Shown: positions 21,466 through 31,086, counted from the first letter of the stretch. The stretch: DNA of 64,000 bases from Candidatus Bathyarchaeota archaeon (GCA_963715865.1 OY970280.1:1568001-1632000), one strand, 5' to 3'. Notes: a model not told the origin generated them from the letters alone. A program made the numbers and translations.

Positions 21466-21859
21466 ACGACCTAAGAGTACATAGCCTCAGAAAATATTTC
21501 AAAACTCAACTGCTCGCCTTAGGCGTCCAACCGGACTACGTTGACTACATTATGGCACACACAGTCGACACATATCACGACATCCAAAGCCTAGGAATAG
21601 ACAAACTACGCAACTTCTACTCAGCCTCAGGACTAGCCATAAGACCAAAAACACAAGTCAGCAAAGTCGAAGCCTTAAAAGAAATCATCCGAGCATGGGG
21701 AATGAATCCAGAACAAATCCTAACCCAAGGAGCACTAGCAGAAGGCACAACAACATACAAAAACCAAGAAGAACTTGAAAACCACCAACTTACAGTTCTA
21801 AGCATTCAGCTGCGGCAACTAATCCGCCAAGAAAAAACAGAATAAATGCGCCGCTGGAG

Positions 21860-21937
21860 TGGCGGGTCCGATGGGATTTGAACCCACGACTTTCAGCTTA
21901 GAAGGCTGACGCGCTATCCGTACTGCGCCACGGACCC
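21860..21937 (-). tRNA. tRNA-Arg(UCU), intronless, with encoded CCA
   Basis: GGGTCCG...CGGACCC-G-CCA; anticodon arm TCAGC-CTTCTAA-GCTGA; GTTCAAATC T loop. Confidence 0.95.
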
Positions 21938-22049
21938 TTTAGGGCTCTTTAATGGAAACACTTCAAGATATAATTTTACCTATCGCTTCACCCAAAAAAT
22001 TAACCAAACTTCCCGCTCAAAATTCAACCAGCGAGCACTAGAGATCCAT

Positions 22050-23054
22050 TCAGTTCTTTATGTGGCCAACTCTTAGTTTATCTACATCAGCCTTGTCGGG
22101 AACCGATACGATTAGGGATTTGTTGAGGGTTTCTCTGCCAAAGTTTACTTTAACTTTAGCAGTTTCAGCATCTGAATAATACGCGGTTAATTTGGCGGCT
22201 GTTTCAATGGCTTTTTTTGTTTTAGGTCCCTGCAAAATCGTTATCGGACCAACAATATCGGGCAATTCAAAGTAATATTCGCTTGGTGTTTTTTGCGCAG
22301 CTAAAAACTTGTTTTCTGCTTCGTTTCTTCCAACAATAATCTTGTTTTTGCCTAATCTGAAGTGCCTGCCAACCCTAAGCAAAGCAATATCCGCCATGGA
22401 AACACGTTTCTTGTTGGCAAAAAGGTCTCTCAGTTTCTTCGAGTACTCTTCGCATGTTAGCAGGCATCCGCCAGCAGGAGATGGATAACTTTTAATTCCG
22501 AATTCTTTGGCAAGTTGGAACTGAGGCTTCCTAGACCTACCCTGAATATTCAGGAGTTTTGTTCTGTCGACTAAGCCTTTTTTTTCAGCAACCGTTTCAG
22601 GCAACAACTTAGCAGATAAAGGCCTCAAAAGTTTACCTTTCAAGCCAGCTTCTTCCTCGATGAGCCGAAGTGCAGGATAATGCTGTGACTTTGGTCTTTC
22701 ACCTAAAACTTCGCCGGTGAAAATAAAGTCTGCACCAATCTCTTTGGCATATTTTTTAGCTTTTTTTATCATAAAGATTTTGCAGTCGATGCAAGGGTTC
22801 ATGTTTTTGCCGTAACCATACTTTGGCTTGCGAAGCATTTGCAAATAATCTTTTTCAACGCTGACCACTTTTAAGGGAACCTTTAACTGATTTGCAGCTT
22901 CGGCTGCTTCGCTGGTTCCGTCTTTCTTGCAAATGCAAAAAGGAGTCTTAACGTTAAAGGCGACTACTTCAATGTCTTGCTTACGAATAAGTTCTGTAGC
23001 AAGAATGCTGTCTAAGCCGCCAGAAAGCAAACCTAAAGCTTTAACGTGAGTCAT
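22050..23054 (-). CDS. ThiI-like PP-loop tRNA sulfurtransferase, no N-terminal THUMP
   Basis: LLSGGLDS, NPCIDCK, GEVLGERPKSQ, PAGGCLLT; C-terminal GRHFRL...GRNEAEN. Confidence 0.75.
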   Translation of the reverse strand: MTHVKALGLLSGGLDSILATELIRKQDIEVVAFNVKTPFCICKKDGTSEAAEAANQLKVPLKVVSVEKDYLQMLRKPKYGYGKNMNPCIDCKIFMIKKAKKYAKEIGADFIFTGEVLGERPKSQHYPALRLIEEEAGLKGKLLRPLSAKLLPETVAEKKGLVDRTKLLNIQGRSRKPQFQLAKEFGIKSYPSPAGGCLLTCEEYSKKLRDLFANKKRVSMADIALLRVGRHFRLGKNKIIVGRNEAENKFLAAQKTPSEYYFELPDIVGPITILQGPKTKKAIETAAKLTAYYSDAETAKVKVNFGRETLNKSLIVSVPDKADVDKLRVGHIKN

Positions 23055-23170
23055 ATCGCCAATAGCATTCTTCACCACAAATAATAATTTACCTATGAAA
23101 CCCAGAAGAAAATCCTGACAAAGCTAGGCGAGAATAATCTTAATTAGCGCTTCATCGAACATGAAAAGGC

Positions 23171-24043
23171 ATGATTGGCATAGCCTTGGCAATACTGTCA
23201 GCGGCAACTTCAGCCCTATCTGTAGTGCTCGTTAGAAAGCATTCCGCGCAATCAAGCGCCTTCAACATCAGCCTAGCCATCAGTTGGGTAGGAATGCTAA
23301 TTCTTTGGCCACTTGCGCTGGTTCTAACCGATTTTGCGGCAATCAATATTGCAAGTATTTTGCTTTTCGCGTTAAGCGGAGTTTTAACTCCCGGATTCGT
23401 AAGGCTGCTTTATTATCAAGGCATGAAAAAGCTTGGAGCACCAGTAAATTCATCGCTTTTCTCAATTTATCCACTTTATACCTCATTTTTAGCCGTGCTA
23501 TTTCTAAGTGAAATTTTGGCTCCCGGAAACTGGATGGGCATCTTTCTTGTATTTTTGGGCGGAATCCTTGTTGAATGGAGTGCCAGAGAAGTTAACAGTA
23601 GCAATAAACATTCAAGAAAAAACCTAATTTACCCATTATTGGGTGGTTTAGCTCTTGGAGTTGGCAGTGTACTGCGTAAGTATGCGTTGGATTTGTTTAA
23701 TGCTCCTGTTTTAGGTGTCGCTGTTGCTTACACGTTTTCGCTTTTGCCTTTTATATTGATGCTCACGTTTTCAAAGCCGATTCGTAAGGATTTATCTTTG
23801 AAAAGAGACTTACGATTGTTTTGGATTGCAGGGATTGGTCAAGCAATCACTTGGTTATTAAGTTTCTACGCTTTAAGCTACGCTGAAGTTTCAGTTGTAA
23901 CCCCACTGCTGTCAATTGAGCCTGTGTTTGTAGCTTTATTTGCTTACCTGTATCTTCGGAAGATAGAGCAAGTTTCAGTTAAACTATTGGTAAGTATTGT
24001 TCTCACAGTGTTAGGCGTAGTTCTAGTTGCAGCAAAATTATAG
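23171..24043 (+). CDS. EamA/DMT-family transporter
   Basis: ~10 TMs in two repeats. Confidence 0.85.
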   Translation: MIGIALAILSAATSALSVVLVRKHSAQSSAFNISLAISWVGMLILWPLALVLTDFAAINIASILLFALSGVLTPGFVRLLYYQGMKKLGAPVNSSLFSIYPLYTSFLAVLFLSEILAPGNWMGIFLVFLGGILVEWSAREVNSSNKHSRKNLIYPLLGGLALGVGSVLRKYALDLFNAPVLGVAVAYTFSLLPFILMLTFSKPIRKDLSLKRDLRLFWIAGIGQAITWLLSFYALSYAEVSVVTPLLSIEPVFVALFAYLYLRKIEQVSVKLLVSIVLTVLGVVLVAAKL

Positions 24044-24126
24044 TTTTTCAACCATTCCCTAGCTTGCTTGCCCCCTTTTTTCTAGAATAATTTAAAAAGC
24101 CATTTTAAAATAAACCAAGTGGATTT

Positions 24127-25260
24127 ATGCGTACTAATGAGGATTTGGCGTTGGACATCAGCATCTTCATCCCAGTTTACAAAGAGTCCGATCAATTAGC
24201 TTGGGCTCTAAAAGAGCTTAGTTCGCAAAATGTTTCAAAAGAAATTTTTGTAACAGTCGATGAACCAACGGATGATTTTTCTGAAAAAATAAAACAGTTT
24301 GAAGATGGCAACGTTAAGTTTATCATTAATAAGGAACGCATGGGAAAAGCAAACGCGTTAAACAACACTGTAAAATTGTCTTCAGGGAAAATACTGCTTT
24401 TTCTAGACTCAGACGTTGAAATCCCAAATGACCCAGACTATTTAAGAAAAATTGTTATGGAAATGCAACACGCTGATGTGCTTGACATAAAAAAGAAGGT
24501 TTCGAAAGGAAAATCGTTTTTGTCCAAGATGGCGTATTACGAGTATTTCACGTTTAACATTAGCGCTTGGTTAGCTTCAAGATACATGCATAAGTGTCCT
24601 GCAGTGAACGGTGCAGCTTTTGCAATTAAGCGGGAAACGTTTGAGAAAGTTGGCGGTTTCCACAAGGTTGTTGCTGAAGACATTGATATTGCAACAAGAG
24701 CTTTCATGGCAGACAGCAGTTTCGCTTACACCGCTGAAGTTGAAGTTAAAAACGTTGTTTACTCTGAATGGAGGAAATGGTTTAGGCAGCGCCGAAGATG
24801 GGCAATCGGTCAAGCCTTATGGTTAGAACATTGGTACAAGGATTTAGCTAAACGATTTGTTAAGAAACCCCAAGTTTTTCTGCCAAGTTTATTCTTCCTT
24901 TACCCTTCCATCGCCGTTTTCCTTTTAAGCGCTTTAGTGCCAAGCCTCTGGATGTACAATTCACTACTGGTTTTCTCCCTGTTTTTGTCAGTGAAATTCA
25001 ACATTTTAATGCCAGTTTTCTTGGTTTCCCTTGGAACCGCAAACTTGCTTAAAATATTAATTATTTCGCTATCCAGTTTTGGGTTAACCGCCGCTGTTTT
25101 CTACGGTTTCTCAAGAAAACTTGGGTTCAGGGAAATAAAACTTCACGAATTATTCGTTTACTACTTTTTCTATTCAAACATATGGATGGCAATAATAATT
25201 TTTGGTCATATCCAAGTGTTTGCTTTTAGGAAAAAGGTTGCGCCAGACTGGAGAACATAG
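24127..25260 (+). CDS. GT2-family membrane glycosyltransferase
   Basis: IFIPVYKE, GKANALN, FLDSD, AEDIDI, RQRRRW; C-terminal TMs. Confidence 0.9.
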   Translation: MRTNEDLALDISIFIPVYKESDQLAWALKELSSQNVSKEIFVTVDEPTDDFSEKIKQFEDGNVKFIINKERMGKANALNNTVKLSSGKILLFLDSDVEIPNDPDYLRKIVMEMQHADVLDIKKKVSKGKSFLSKMAYYEYFTFNISAWLASRYMHKCPAVNGAAFAIKRETFEKVGGFHKVVAEDIDIATRAFMADSSFAYTAEVEVKNVVYSEWRKWFRQRRRWAIGQALWLEHWYKDLAKRFVKKPQVFLPSLFFLYPSIAVFLLSALVPSLWMYNSLLVFSLFLSVKFNILMPVFLVSLGTANLLKILIISLSSFGLTAAVFYGFSRKLGFREIKLHELFVYYFFYSNIWMAIIIFGHIQVFAFRKKVAPDWRT

Positions 25261-25291
25261 CCGCCGAAAAATGACTATACAAGTTAACGAA

Positions 25292-26002
25292 TCAGTCTTT
25301 CTTCATTGCCTTTGCTTTGAGCTCTTTAGGCATCAACTCGATAGCATACCTTAAAGCTGTTCGTGGCATAGTCTTCTTGTTTTTAACAATGTAATCGTAG
25401 ACTTCTTTTTGGTGTTTTCGGCTTTCCTCTTTCAGCAGCCACCCGTAACCTTTCTGCACCAGGTCATCCTCATCAGCCAACAGCGCGTCGCATATTTCGA
25501 AAGCATCTGGCAGAAAATCGCCTCTCTTCGCTGGAACAATAAGCGACACAGCCGCAGCCCGTTTAAGCCACCGATTCTCGCTTTTAGCCCAGCTTTTCAC
25601 TTCGCTTAAGCTTTCTGGATACTTTTGAATTAAGTCGCCGACGGTGTGGTTGCAGAACCCGTCACATTTAGCCCAATTATTAATGTACCGTTCAATCCAC
25701 GCTTTGAAGGTTGCCAAATCGCTTGACTCAAGGTGCTCAATGTAGTTTGGCAGCCAGAAGGAAACTATGAAAGCTTCTTCAGTGTAGTCTGAACGGTAAA
25801 GCTCTTCGCACAGCTTGAAAATTGTTTGTTTGTCTAAAGTTTTTACTTGGTTCCAGTATTTTTTGGCTATTTTACCAACGGTTCCAGTTTTAACCCCATA
25901 ATATTTTACCTGTTCTTTGAAGAAGCGTTGAAAACTTTTTTGTGTTTTCTGGTCTGTGTTAGCTTTTAGTTCGTCTCTTATTCGGTCGAGAATATTGTTC
26001 AT
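25292..26002 (-). CDS. DNA alkylation repair protein (AlkD-like)
   Basis: NNWAKCD, ENRWLKRAA, DDLVQKGYGWLLK, MPRTALRYAIE. Confidence 0.88.
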   Translation of the reverse strand: MNNILDRIRDELKANTDQKTQKSFQRFFKEQVKYYGVKTGTVGKIAKKYWNQVKTLDKQTIFKLCEELYRSDYTEEAFIVSFWLPNYIEHLESSDLATFKAWIERYINNWAKCDGFCNHTVGDLIQKYPESLSEVKSWAKSENRWLKRAAAVSLIVPAKRGDFLPDAFEICDALLADEDDLVQKGYGWLLKEESRKHQKEVYDYIVKNKKTMPRTALRYAIELMPKELKAKAMKKD

Positions 26003-26088
26003 GTCAGTAAAGCGGTTTTTTGAGAATAATAGTTTTTCTTTAAGATTGATCTGAAAAGTTGGGGCAAAAAGAAGGAATGAAGTGATGG

Positions 26089-26379
26089 TTAATAATTTTC
26101 CATTTGGTAGAGGCCAAAGTCGATATTTAGCGGTTTTTCAGGTTCATGCGCTTCTTCCAAGTCATAGAGGTGCTGTGTAGCTTTCTCCAGTCTGCTGCTG
26201 CTTTTAACAGTCACTTTAGGCTTAACCATTCTAACTTTCATTTTGCTTTTAGGCTTAGGGACAAGGTGGGTACCGCTAATGACCATTGAGTTATCGATGA
26301 TTTTTGGGACAATCTCAACCTTCGCATCCTCAACCGTCAACGCGTACTTCAACGCTTCATCATGCACATGCTTAGTCAA
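26089..26379 (-). CDS. Hypothetical protein translationally coupled to the RHH gene
   Basis: TTG start overlaps the RHH stop; no recognisable motif. Confidence 0.45.
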   Translation of the reverse strand: MTKHVHDEALKYALTVEDAKVEIVPKIIDNSMVISGTHLVPKPKSKMKVRMVKPKVTVKSSSRLEKATQHLYDLEEAHEPEKPLNIDFGLYQMENY

Positions 26380-26527
26380 CGCCTTTTCTCCTCCAAACCT
26401 CGGCACTAATTAAATCACGGATAGCAACTCGGATAGCTTCGGCACGGTTAGGATAGAACCGTTCGCCAACCAGCTGGTCCAAAGCTTTTATATACGTTTC
26501 AGGCAGATACAGAGTGATCAATTTCAT
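26372..26527 (-). CDS. CdrS-like ribbon-helix-helix protein, 51 aa (not in ORF track)
   Basis: MKLITLYLPETYIKALDQLVGERFYPNRAEAIRVAIRDLISAEVWRRKGVD*; YPNRAEAIR..IRD matches the CdrS/CopG pattern. Confidence 0.85.
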   Translation of the reverse strand: MKLITLYLPETYIKALDQLVGERFYPNRAEAIRVAIRDLISAEVWRRKGVD

Positions 26528-26741
26528 TTAGTTATCTCTCCCAATTAATGAGTGAATAAACAAACACTAACTTGTTGGCTATAGTTCTATATATCATGCC
26601 TTAAATATGCTTATAACATGTTCGTTACTTGGTTTATAAGCTTTTTATGGGTGACGTTGCAGGTTCTTGTCAATTTCCGCGAGAGAACCTTTATGTTTTT
26701 ATGTCTTATTGAAGCATCTTACGTGCAGGTGTGCATGGTCA

Positions 26742-28031
26742 TTGCAGGTTTTCGTTAGAAGCTTTGGCTGTTCGGCGAATATGGCTGATGGCGAGGTTTT
26801 GGCAGGTTGCCTAGCTCAAGCTGGCTTCCAACTAGCAGCTTCAGAAGCTGCGGCTGACCTGTTGGTTTACAATACTTGCGCCGTTAAGGGTCCAACAGAG
26901 AACCGCATTATTGACGCTTTAAAGCGTGCGCCAAAGGGCAAGAAGCTTGTTGTTGCGGGCTGTTTGCCGATGATCAGCTTTGAGCGGTTGCTACGTGAGG
27001 TGCGTTTTGACGGCGCGGTTGGTCCTGCGGTTGGAAAAGGAATTGTGGATGTTGTTTCGCGTGTTTTGGCTGGCGAGAAAGCTGTTGAACTGGCAGGTTT
27101 GGACGCCAAGCCGAAACTTGATCTTCCAAGAGTTAAGTCTAATCCAGTCATTAGCGTTGTTCCAGTGAATTATGGTTGCTTAGGTTCCTGCGCATATTGC
27201 TGCGTTGTTTTTGCGCGTGGTCACTTGCGAAGCTACAGCATCAAAGAAGTTGCTGAGCGCGTGCAGAGCGATTTTGCTGCTGGCGCCAGAGAGTTTTGGG
27301 TTACTTCTCAAGATACAGCCTGTTACGGAAGAGATTTGGGCAGTAACCTTGCGGAGTTGCTGGAAGTGCTTGGTGGTTTAGCTGGTGATTTTAAGGTTCG
27401 GGTTGGCATGATGACGCCGAACATGGTGACCGACATGCAGGATAAGCTGATTAGCGCTTTTAGGAGTGATAAAGTGTTCAAGTTTTTGCATTTGCCAGTG
27501 CAAAGCGGCGACGACGAAACGCTGAAACGTATGCGCAGGTTTTACACGGCAGAGCAATTCAAGAGCATTGTGGATGCGTTTAGGGCTGAATTTCCTGACT
27601 TGACACTTGCCACTGACATCATTGTTGGTTTTCCAGGTGAAACGGCTGAAGCTTTCGAGAAGACGCTTAAGCTCTTAGAGGAAGTTAAGCCTGATGTAGT
27701 TAATGTTTCAAAGTTTTTCGCTAGACCCAAAACTGCAGCTGCAAAAATGCAGGATTGCTTTGTTGAACTGGGTGAGATTAAGCGCAGAAGCACCATTGCG
27801 GCGAAGCTGGCTAAGCGGATTTCTCTGGAGCAGAATAAACGTTGGGTCGGCTGGGTTGGAGAAGTGCTTGTTGACGAGAAGGGAAAAGTGGAAGGCTCAT
27901 GGGTGGGACGCAACTTCGCCTACAAACCAATCGCCATCAAAAGCGCAGATGATCTGCTGGGTAAAACGGTGAGGGTTAAGGTTGCGTCGGCTGCTGAAAC
28001 GTACCTTAAAGGAACAATAGTTGGAAGATAG
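26742..28031 (+). CDS. mtaB: tRNA t6A37 methylthiotransferase, archaeal e-MtaB type (start uncertain)
   Basis: SFGCSAN, NTCAVK, GCL, CLGSCAYC, HLPVQSG, DIIVGFPGET, C-terminal TRAM. Confidence 0.88.
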   Translation: MQVFVRSFGCSANMADGEVLAGCLAQAGFQLAASEAAADLLVYNTCAVKGPTENRIIDALKRAPKGKKLVVAGCLPMISFERLLREVRFDGAVGPAVGKGIVDVVSRVLAGEKAVELAGLDAKPKLDLPRVKSNPVISVVPVNYGCLGSCAYCCVVFARGHLRSYSIKEVAERVQSDFAAGAREFWVTSQDTACYGRDLGSNLAELLEVLGGLAGDFKVRVGMMTPNMVTDMQDKLISAFRSDKVFKFLHLPVQSGDDETLKRMRRFYTAEQFKSIVDAFRAEFPDLTLATDIIVGFPGETAEAFEKTLKLLEEVKPDVVNVSKFFARPKTAAAKMQDCFVELGEIKRRSTIAAKLAKRISLEQNKRWVGWVGEVLVDEKGKVEGSWVGRNFAYKPIAIKSADDLLGKTVRVKVASAAETYLKGTIVGR

Positions 28032-28071
28032 CTGTTAAAAAGATTATTAGCACCCTTTAAGGGGGGCTAGA

Positions 28072-28941
28072 TTAAGTGTTCTTTTCATTATAGTCTTTTA
28101 ATAGTTTAATGAGTTCTTCTTTTCCTTCAGTGGTTGTTATGGGTACTTGACTAATGAATCCAAGAGATTTTAGTTCTGTAAACAGTTTAACGATGGTAGG
28201 TAGTTCTAAACCTGAGGATTCAAGAAGTTTTGCGTCTTGCAGAACCTTGTGTATTTCGCCTTCGCCAAACAGTGAACCATGACTAATCACAATTATTCTT
28301 TCCGCTAGCTCAGGCAACGCTTCTACATCATGCGTTGAGACGATTATGGTTGTGCCTGCCCTGTTCAATTCATTTAACGTTTCTATTAAGCCTCTTCTGG
28401 AAACAAGGTCCAAATTCGCCGTGGGTTCATCGAGAATAAGCAGTTCCGGTTTCAAAACTAAAGCTGTGGCTAATGAAACTTTTTTCTTCTCCCCAAAGCT
28501 CAACCTGTGTGGAGGACGATTTTTCAAATGTTGGATGCCCATTTTTTCAAGAACATGGTCGCTTCTTTGTTTGATATCTTCTTCAGGAAGCTTAAGGTTA
28601 CGGGGGCCATATTCAATATCTTCGATTACGCTTTGAGTAAATAATTGGTCATCTGGGTCTTGGAAAACTATGCCTATTCTTGACCTGAATTTCTGGAAAA
28701 ACTTTGAGGTGGTTTTTTCGCCGAATACGCTTATTTCTCCTTTTTTGGGCGTCAATAAACCAGCTATTAAGAGTATTAGTGTTGATTTTCCAGAGCCGTT
28801 TGGACCTATTATTGCTACTCTTTCTCCCTGGCGAACTTCAAGTGAGACACCGTTTATGGCACTGACGCCTGCTGGATAACTAAACTTAACTTCTTTCACC
28901 GAGACAATGGGCTCTGCCATAGATTGACCTTCTATAACCAC
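28072..28941 (-). CDS. cbiO: ECF transporter ATPase (CbiO/NikO)
   Basis: GPNGSGKST, FQDPDDQLF, LSFGEKKK, LDEPT. Confidence 0.92.
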   Translation of the reverse strand: MVIEGQSMAEPIVSVKEVKFSYPAGVSAINGVSLEVRQGERVAIIGPNGSGKSTLILLIAGLLTPKKGEISVFGEKTTSKFFQKFRSRIGIVFQDPDDQLFTQSVIEDIEYGPRNLKLPEEDIKQRSDHVLEKMGIQHLKNRPPHRLSFGEKKKVSLATALVLKPELLILDEPTANLDLVSRRGLIETLNELNRAGTTIIVSTHDVEALPELAERIIVISHGSLFGEGEIHKVLQDAKLLESSGLELPTIVKLFTELKSLGFISQVPITTTEGKEELIKLLKDYNEKNT

Positions 28942-29750
28942 GCAAGTAACGCAAAAGCGATTATTATTGATGATGCAAAAAATACGTCCCTCAGTCGGAA
29001 TGCGGGTATTGTTAATTTATTGTCATTTTCTATTGCGAACCCGCGTGATTTCATTGCCAAGTAAACTCTTTCGGAACGCTCATAAGTGCGAATGAACAAT
29101 GCAGCAAGAATAGATCCCAGATCTTTTAAAGCTTGATAATTTATTGTTCGCCTGTTCACGTATGTTCGGGCTTCTTTAGCTATTAAGAAACTCTGCGCTT
29201 CATGTACGGATACAAAGAAATAGCGGTATGTGAGGCTAAACATTTGCACGACCACCGGAGGAACTTTCATCGAAGAAAGCAACTTTAGCATTTTATCAAA
29301 GCCTGTGGAGAGTATTAGAAGACTCAAAGATGCTACACAGAACCACACTCGAACGGAAAATACTAGAAAGCGCACTAAGCCTTCTGTGGTAACTGCCAAA
29401 TTTAAAATACCTATATTTGTTGCAAAGATTGGGTGACCCGGAGTTATGAATAATACTGGCAGAGAAATTAATGCTGCAAAGGCTGGAATGAACACGGTTC
29501 TTGAAATAAAATGTTTTAGCGGAATCTTTGATGCCAGAGCCAAAATGAATGGAATTATACAGATTAAAGCCAAGTATGAAAGGGAGAAGATGAATAGGGA
29601 AGACACTATCATGAAGACTATGACGACCAGTTTGGCCAACGGATTTATGTCTTGCAGTAGACCGCGTTTGCCGCTTAAGTCTTCAATGTATACTAACGAC
29701 TCCGAGCTTTCAACTAAATCTCTTAAGGATTGGGGTACTTTCATATGCAT
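28932..29750 (-). CDS. cbiQ: ECF transporter T component (CbiQ/NikQ)
   Basis: TYRYFF, RTYERSERVYLAMKSRGF. Confidence 0.9.
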   Translation of the reverse strand: MHMKVPQSLRDLVESSESLVYIEDLSGKRGLLQDINPLAKLVVIVFMIVSSLFIFSLSYLALICIIPFILALASKIPLKHFISRTVFIPAFAALISLPVLFITPGHPIFATNIGILNLAVTTEGLVRFLVFSVRVWFCVASLSLLILSTGFDKMLKLLSSMKVPPVVVQMFSLTYRYFFVSVHEAQSFLIAKEARTYVNRRTINYQALKDLGSILAALFIRTYERSERVYLAMKSRGFAIENDNKLTIPAFRLRDVFFASSIIIAFALLAWL

Positions 29751-30055
29751 TAACTCTTTTTCTTCCGCATGAGTTTAGCCACTGTTAAACCCATAACGAA
29801 TAATAGCAAAGTCCCGACAACGCCAACAATGAGAGCGCCCCACACATTCTCTAACCCTGGAATGTTATAATCTGCAAACGGAGGGTTATACACAGGCTTT
29901 TCGTCTACCCCGAGTTTTCCAGCTTGCTTGTCCAAGGTCTCAAACGAGTAAGACAATACAAAGACACCGACTAGGACAAAGATCATAGCTACTGCTATTC
30001 CAATTATGATTGTTTTCTGAGTGGGGTTTTTGTTGATTGTTGCCAAGTTTTTCAC
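29750..30055 (-). CDS. PDGLE/NikN-like auxiliary component
   Basis: Two TMs flanking ETLDK...PFADYNIPG. Confidence 0.7.
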   Translation of the reverse strand: MKNLATINKNPTQKTIIIGIAVAMIFVLVGVFVLSYSFETLDKQAGKLGVDEKPVYNPPFADYNIPGLENVWGALIVGVVGTLLLFVMGLTVAKLMRKKKS

Positions 30056-30056
30056 T

Positions 30057-30743
30057 TCACTCTTCAGTCTCTTTCTTGTTTTGAAAAACAGAGAGCCGTT
30101 TCAGGATAGGGCTTTGCTCCAAGACGTCTGGCCGTAATTTCAGGAGTGCTCCTACCAGAATCATAGTGACGATACCCTCTGCAACGCCTATGATTGAATG
30201 GTTGATTGCCATGGCTGGTACAGCTACACTTAATCCATACTGGAAGACCGGTTGAGAAAGACCCAATTCTGTGCCTGCTGCAATAGCAGCGAGTACGTCA
30301 CCTGCGAATGCTGAAACGAAAATTATAGCGTACAATTTTTTGCCTTTTGACCCAACTACTTTGTTGAGGATTAAGAACAGCGCACAGGGCACCAATACGC
30401 CGATTATGCCCATGTTTAAGACGTTTGCTCCAAGAGTGGTTAGTCCGCCGTCGCCGAAAAGAAACGCTTGTAAGACTAGTATTATTGTTATGGAGATGCC
30501 GCCTGCGAAAGGTCCAAGGATTAGGCCCATTGAGGCTCCGCCGAGCAGGTGAGCGGTGGTTCCGCCGACGACAGGGTAATTCATCATCATCGCTGCAAAG
30601 AAGAGAGCGGTTAAGAGACCCATTATGGGCACTTGTTTTTCGGTGAGTTTGACTTTTTTGAGGCATATTGCCCAAAAAATAATAGTTATTACGAATGCTG
30701 GTACGAAGACGTACGGGGTTAGGTAGCCATCAGGGATGTGCAT
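30057..30743 (-). CDS. cbiM: Ni/Co ECF substrate component (CbiM/NikM)
   Basis: N-terminal MHIPDG, GGTTAHLLG, FLFGDGGLTTLGAN. Confidence 0.93.
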   Translation of the reverse strand: MHIPDGYLTPYVFVPAFVITIIFWAICLKKVKLTEKQVPIMGLLTALFFAAMMMNYPVVGGTTAHLLGGASMGLILGPFAGGISITIILVLQAFLFGDGGLTTLGANVLNMGIIGVLVPCALFLILNKVVGSKGKKLYAIIFVSAFAGDVLAAIAAGTELGLSQPVFQYGLSVAVPAMAINHSIIGVAEGIVTMILVGALLKLRPDVLEQSPILKRLSVFQNKKETEE

Positions 30744-30765
30744 ATTTTTTCCAATCTCCTTCTCG

Positions 30766-30831
30766 GTAACACCTTTTTTAAGAGGGGTGTTACTTAAATA
30801 TAAGTGTTACCTTTTTAACAAATCGTGTTAC
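30766..30831. promoter_or_regulatory. Candidate NikR-type operator pair flanking the cbiM TATA box
   Basis: GTAACAC-N14-GTGTTAC (30766-30793), TTAAATATAA (30794-30803), GTGTTAC-N14-GTGTTAC (30804-30831). Confidence 0.7.
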
Positions 30832-31079
30832 TTATGTGGGAACTCGAAAACGACAACCAACCACCCAGAAAAGCCTTCAAGCAAAGAGAACTCGAACGCA
30901 TATTCGAAGGAATCGAAGATGAAATCGCCATAATAACTGCAAGTGCAAAGTTCAATTTTACAACATGCAAAACAGACAAAAAAACCCTGAAGCTCACACT
31001 CGCTTATATCGAAGACACAAAGAAACTAGTTGGATTATTGAAAAACCGTGTAAACCTGCTGATGGACGCCACAAGTTAA
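30825..31079 (+). CDS. Hypothetical helical protein (start uncertain)
   Basis: 84-aa ORF between cbiM and larB; the nominal start overlaps the operator. Confidence 0.4.
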   Translation: MLLMWELENDNQPPRKAFKQRELERIFEGIEDEIAIITASAKFNFTTCKTDKKTLKLTLAYIEDTKKLVGLLKNRVNLLMDATS

Positions 31080-31086
31080 CAGTCAT

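Larger units (their letters stand above)
20497..21845 (+). pseudogene. C-terminal relic of a tyrosine integrase, interrupted by the IS
   Basis: Removing the IS and one TSD restores MYD|LRVHSLRKYFKTQLLALGVQPDYVDYIMAHTVDTYHD (HxLR, H and Y catalytic motifs); in-frame TAA just upstream, so the N-terminus is lost. Confidence 0.85.
17886..21877. mobile_element. Decayed integrative element at tRNA-Arg(UCU), possibly extending to 17048
   Basis: Bounded by direct repeats of the tRNA 3' end; tyrosine-integrase relic beside the tRNA; orphan cargo gene. Confidence 0.75.
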
